The position numbers were made by a program, and so were the translations under genes. A DNA stretch of 20,000 nucleotides from an uncultured virus (IMG/VR IMGVR_UViG_3300031787_000071) (taxonomy: Duplodnaviria > Heunggongvirae > Uroviricota > Caudoviricetes): IMG/VR virus record IMGVR_UViG_3300031787_000071. One strand, given 5' to 3'. Positions 16,324 to 20,000 of this stretch are shown here, one piece after another. A model generated the notes under the pieces. The model made no database searches and was not told the DNA's origin. It worked only from the letters and a program-made list of their open reading frames with translations. Within the stretch, counting starts at the first letter, position 1. Every line of letters begins with the position of its first letter.

Positions 16324-18120
16324 TCATCCTTCGCAAGCTAAACAAACATCTTCTGTTGCTAAAGCCTTCAAATCAATTTCTTCGATCACTTTTCTTTCGA
16401 TTCTCTTTGACACTTTATCTGCTTTAGCCAATTTCTCACTACGGCAGTAATAAAGTGTTTTGAGTCCTTGTTTCCAAGCCTGAAAGTGTACAGCATGTAG
16501 ATACTTTACATTTACATCAGGTCTAAAAAAGAGGTTAATGGATTGCGCCTGGTCAATGTAATTTTGTCTGTTAGCTGCGTGGTCCACAATCCATCTTTGG
16601 TCAATTTCCATACTAGTTTTGTAGACATCTTTGGTCCATTCATCCAAGAAATCCAAGTGTTGGACGGAACCATCGTTTGCAATGATAGATGACCAGATTT
16701 CTTGATAATCCAATTTGCTGTCGGCATCACATTTCTCCTTGATTAACTTATCCAAATACTTATTTTTATTTAAGTAGGCTCCAGAAAGAGTATCTTGTCT
16801 ATAGGCATTGGCACGATAAGGCTCAACAGAAGGGCTAGTATTGCCCATGATAATAGAGCTAGAAGCATTAGGAGCAATGGCCATAAGATGACTGAAACGT
16901 AGTCCGGTGCCTCTAGCATCCGGTGCTTCACCTCGTTCAGCACCCAATTGAAGATTCGCTTCATTTAATCCTTCTCGTATGTGTTTAAATATTTTATTGT
17001 TTGAAGATGTTGCCAGCGCCGACTCAAACGGTATGCCATTTCTCTGTAGATAAGCGTGAAAACCAAGAGCCCCCACACCAATGCTGCGCTCTTGGATAGC
17101 AGAGTACCTGGCTCGGCTAATGTGATCAGGAGCATTGCTAATAAAGTACTGAAGTACATTATCCAGCATTTCAGCCGTGTCCCGTAAAAAAAGTTTATCA
17201 TTTTTCCACTCATCAAAATACTCCAAATTCAATGACGAAAGACAGCAAACAGCAGTTCTTTCTTTGTCGGTTGGTAAAATAATTTCGCTGCATAGATTAC
17301 TTTGTTTAATTGATAGACCTAATTTCTTTTGAAATTCTGGCATTGCACGATTACTTGTATCAATAAAATGCAAATATGGTTCACCCGTCATCATACGCAT
17401 TTCAAGTACACGTTGCCACAATTCTCTCGCAGAAACTTTGTCACGTACTTCACCACTATGTGGATCTTTTAGTTCCCATGTATCATCTGCATCATGGTCT
17501 AACATACACTTTTCAATTAAATGCATGAAGTCATCTGTAATGTTAATTCCGTGATGTAAATTCAAACAACGCATGTTTTGATCACCCGTTGGTTTACGCA
17601 TCTCTAAGAAAATAAGAATATCTGGATGACTAATATCAAGATAAGCAGCGTAAGAACCGCGGCGGGTCCTACCTTGCCTATACGCCAAAGAAGAAGCGTC
17701 ATAGGTACGCAAGTGAGGCATAATGCCAACAGACTTATCATCAGCAGAACGAATACCAAGACCAATTCCAACTCCTCCTCCTAACATTGAAAGCCAGTTG
17801 ACTTCCGATAACGTATCGACCAAGCCCTCAGCACTATCATCCAAATAAGGTAAGAAACAAGAGATAGGAAGGCCACGCTTACTACGGCCAAAGCTAAGAA
17901 TGGGAGTAGAATAACTAAGCCAATGCTTGCTACTATAATTATAAAGTCTTTGTGCATGTTCTTCATTTGAACTAAAAGCTTTTGAAACATATGCAAACCT
18001 TTCTTGTGGAGAGTTTTCTTCCTCTTTCATGTAAGATTCTTTTAATCTTTTTACACCCAACTCATCAAACAAACTATCTTGAGAATAGTCTACCTTAATA
18101 CCATTGATGATATCTTCCAT
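16324..18120 (-). CDS. nrdA: Ribonucleotide reductase class Ia alpha subunit (no ATP cone)
   Basis: STPIL, PISCF, QGRTRRGSYAAY, QSNLCSEI, VCCLSS, AIAPNASSS, KTLYYCR and C-terminal CLACEG. Start reassigned to ATG 18120 (GGAG RBS), which removes the overlap with thyX. Confidence 0.96.
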   Translation of the reverse strand: MEDIINGIKVDYSQDSLFDELGVKRLKESYMKEEENSPQERFAYVSKAFSSNEEHAQRLYNYSSKHWLSYSTPILSFGRSKRGLPISCFLPYLDDSAEGLVDTLSEVNWLSMLGGGVGIGLGIRSADDKSVGIMPHLRTYDASSLAYRQGRTRRGSYAAYLDISHPDILIFLEMRKPTGDQNMRCLNLHHGINITDDFMHLIEKCMLDHDADDTWELKDPHSGEVRDKVSARELWQRVLEMRMMTGEPYLHFIDTSNRAMPEFQKKLGLSIKQSNLCSEIILPTDKERTAVCCLSSLNLEYFDEWKNDKLFLRDTAEMLDNVLQYFISNAPDHISRARYSAIQERSIGVGALGFHAYLQRNGIPFESALATSSNNKIFKHIREGLNEANLQLGAERGEAPDARGTGLRFSHLMAIAPNASSSIIMGNTSPSVEPYRANAYRQDTLSGAYLNKNKYLDKLIKEKCDADSKLDYQEIWSSIIANDGSVQHLDFLDEWTKDVYKTSMEIDQRWIVDHAANRQNYIDQAQSINLFFRPDVNVKYLHAVHFQAWKQGLKTLYYCRSEKLAKADKVSKRIERKVIEEIDLKALATEDVCLACEG

Positions 18121-18143
18121 TCGCTGCTCCAATTTTATTGTTA

Positions 18144-18812
18144 TTAATTTTCTGTGAATTCTTTTGCCATCGGAAATACTTTGGCAACTACTTCTGCACA
18201 TTTACGTGCGATGAGCATGTGCTCTTTTTGTGTGCCGTTTGCTGAACGTAACTGTATGTAGTGTATCCAACTACGCAAGGTTCCATTCATATACAAACGT
18301 GATACTGTTAGACCTTCTGGCAAAACTACACGGGCTTGTTCTTTTGCAAGACCATTTTCTATAGCCCACTCATACGCTTGTTTTGCTCTTAGAATTACTG
18401 ATGCTTGTTCTGATTCCCATCTTTCTTGCAAGTAATCATCATTCGTTTCAATAGAATTTTGTCGATTCTTTGTATCTTGTAATCTAGCTTCACGATACAC
18501 AAAATCCAAATCTTCTACAGGATTAGCATAACGCTGTGAAAATTCCTGAAAAGAAAAAGAACGGTGACGAAGCATCTGTCTAGCAATATCTCTTGTGGTT
18601 TCAATTTCTAAACACATACTCACCATCTCTAAAGGTGACCAGTGTTGGTTTTTGATGAGATAACGAATTAACTTCTCACTTGTTTCTTTATTTGATTGGT
18701 TACTGGGATTTGATACTCTTGCACAGAAAGCGACTAACTCTTGTAAATCTTTTTCAATGCCACCACCTGATGTTCGTGCTATTTGTGAATAACTAATCAA
18801 ATTAACTTTCAT
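18144..18812 (-). CDS. thyX: Flavin-dependent thymidylate synthase
   Basis: HWSPLE, RQMLRHRSFSFQEFSQRY (ThyX signature RHRx7SxR), EQARVVLP and TQKEH. Confidence 0.96.
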   Translation of the reverse strand: MKVNLISYSQIARTSGGGIEKDLQELVAFCARVSNPSNQSNKETSEKLIRYLIKNQHWSPLEMVSMCLEIETTRDIARQMLRHRSFSFQEFSQRYANPVEDLDFVYREARLQDTKNRQNSIETNDDYLQERWESEQASVILRAKQAYEWAIENGLAKEQARVVLPEGLTVSRLYMNGTLRSWIHYIQLRSANGTQKEHMLIARKCAEVVAKVFPMAKEFTEN

Positions 18813-18813
18813 G

Positions 18814-19845
18814 TTAAACTCTTTTCCAAAATGTAAATCTAGTTTGTGCTTCCAAACCAGAAAAAGTATTATTACTTATAATTTCTTCAATTGCGTCAGG
18901 TGAAATGCCTGACATTACCATTTCATTTATATCTTTGGCTTCAATATAATCTGGCCATATCACTACCTTATAACCTAATTCTATCGAATTGTGCATCATC
19001 TTTAGAATTTCTTTATTTCTTTTTTCATTATCATAGATGAGAATCTTTTCTTTGCAATCTACATTCTTAGCTGCGATTGAAAGATTTCCATCACCTGAAG
19101 CGATGCAGTTATTTAGAAACAAGGAATCTAACTGGCCTTCTACAATTCTTACTGGTTGATTTAAATCAACTGTATCCATACCAAACAATAACTTATCTTT
19201 TGAATCGTTTGTTCTCACGGTAACATAACGAAGCACTTTACTTCCAGATTCCAATGATCGACCAGTTACAGCGATTAATTCATTGTAATGGTCATAGAAA
19301 GGTATAACTAGACGAGCATCAGGTACTAATTCTTTATCACAATCAGGTATGAGTTTCTTAATGAACTTCTCATAGTTGGTTGTGAAATAGAGGTTATCAA
19401 AAAACTTTTCTGGTATTTTTCTTTTTTGTACGTATGTTAAACAAAAATGTCCAGAAGGCAAGTCCGAAAGTCTATCTGCGTATTCGAATGTTGTTTGCTT
19501 TTTGATCTTATCAAATTTGGGTTGTGGTATGTCGAAAGTTGGCTTTTGGTAATTGGAGTTACCTGATTCGCCGGCCTTGTATCTCTCAAGGATATATTCT
19601 TGATATAAGGCTGAGTCGGTGTGTTTAATAAGATTGCCAAGGTTCGTACTCGCTGCACAATTGTGACATCTGTAAAATAAACCACCAGATTTCTCGAAAA
19701 CATATCCTCGAGCTTTAGATTTATTTTTCTGTGAATCACCACAGAAGTTACAAGAAAAATTGAATAGGTTAGTATCTTTCTGTTTGAAGTTACGCAAACG
19801 AGAAGAAATTAACCGCAAATACTTCACATCAATAGACAGAGACAT
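18814..19845 (-). CDS. gp61: T4 gp61-like DNA primase
   Basis: N-terminal Zn finger CNFCGDSQKNKSKARG...YRCHNC, RLVIPFY and TOPRIM motifs IVEGQLDSLF, YDNE and KDINEM. Confidence 0.92.
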   Translation of the reverse strand: MSLSIDVKYLRLISSRLRNFKQKDTNLFNFSCNFCGDSQKNKSKARGYVFEKSGGLFYRCHNCAASTNLGNLIKHTDSALYQEYILERYKAGESGNSNYQKPTFDIPQPKFDKIKKQTTFEYADRLSDLPSGHFCLTYVQKRKIPEKFFDNLYFTTNYEKFIKKLIPDCDKELVPDARLVIPFYDHYNELIAVTGRSLESGSKVLRYVTVRTNDSKDKLLFGMDTVDLNQPVRIVEGQLDSLFLNNCIASGDGNLSIAAKNVDCKEKILIYDNEKRNKEILKMMHNSIELGYKVVIWPDYIEAKDINEMVMSGISPDAIEEIISNNTFSGLEAQTRFTFWKRV

Positions 19846-19873
19846 AATATAGTAAATTATTTAATGAACGACT

Positions 19874-19902
19874 ATTATAACAGAAACTTGATGAAGTATC
19901 AA
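19874..19902 (-). promoter_or_regulatory. Sigma70-type promoter upstream of primase
   Basis: Minus strand TTGATA-N17-TATAAT with an extended -10 TG. Confidence 0.65.
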
Positions 19903-19903
19903 G

Positions 19904-20000
19904 TTATATAAACAACTTTACCAATGACTCAAATTTAATGTTGGAGATTACCCAAGCTAAGATTATTACCCCACCAGCAATCATCCATTTCCATTGGGTG
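19904..20000 (-). CDS. C-terminal fragment of a membrane-anchored protein (truncated by the right edge)
   Basis: Manual translation ...TQWKWMIAGGVIILAWVISNIKFESLVKLFI*, ending at TAA 19904-19906. One transmembrane-like segment. Confidence 0.65.
   Translation of the reverse strand, partial: TQWKWMIAGGVIILAWVISNIKFESLVKLFI

Noticed and set aside
14020..18812. Introns or inteins in nrdA, nrdB or thyX
   Set aside because: All three are continuous ORFs of expected length with no extra inserted domain.
8149..19742. Remaining short ORF-track entries overlapping well-supported genes (e.g. 8149-8448, 10108-10389, 10869-11411, 12300-12587, 13821-14807, 15012-15956, 16512-17996, 19437-19742)
   Set aside because: They overlap confidently identified genes in other frames and have no independent coding evidence.
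1..20000. Stop-codon reassignment (alternative genetic code)
   Set aside because: Conserved genes are full length under the standard code, and TAA, TGA and TAG all occur as genuine stops.

Overview
This window is a segment of a large T4-like (myovirus-type) phage genome, read in the standard genetic code. The left half (+ strand, 183-9381) is a late virion module. It holds small fibre/adaptor proteins, a Gly-rich protein, a 1411-aa Ala/Asn/Thr heptad-repeat fibre, three paralogous tail-collar/HxH fibre-tip proteins, a putative chaperone, a tandem two-domain 2OG-Fe(II) oxygenase and a Cys-rich protein. The right half (- strand, 9370-20000) is a replication and nucleotide-metabolism block: gp61-type primase, thyX, nrdA, a GATase-like protein, thioredoxin, nrdB, a SAM methyltransferase and a GIY-YIG nuclease. 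Embedded in it is a host-like cassette of pstS plus an OprO/OprP-family phosphate porin, with a Pho-box-like triple repeat upstream and an intrinsic terminator downstream. After the terminator come iscA and a signal-peptide-bearing SNase nuclease. The phosphate-uptake cassette and the fibre-tip triplet/oxygenase module are the most notable elements. All family assignments come from motif recognition by eye, not from database searches.
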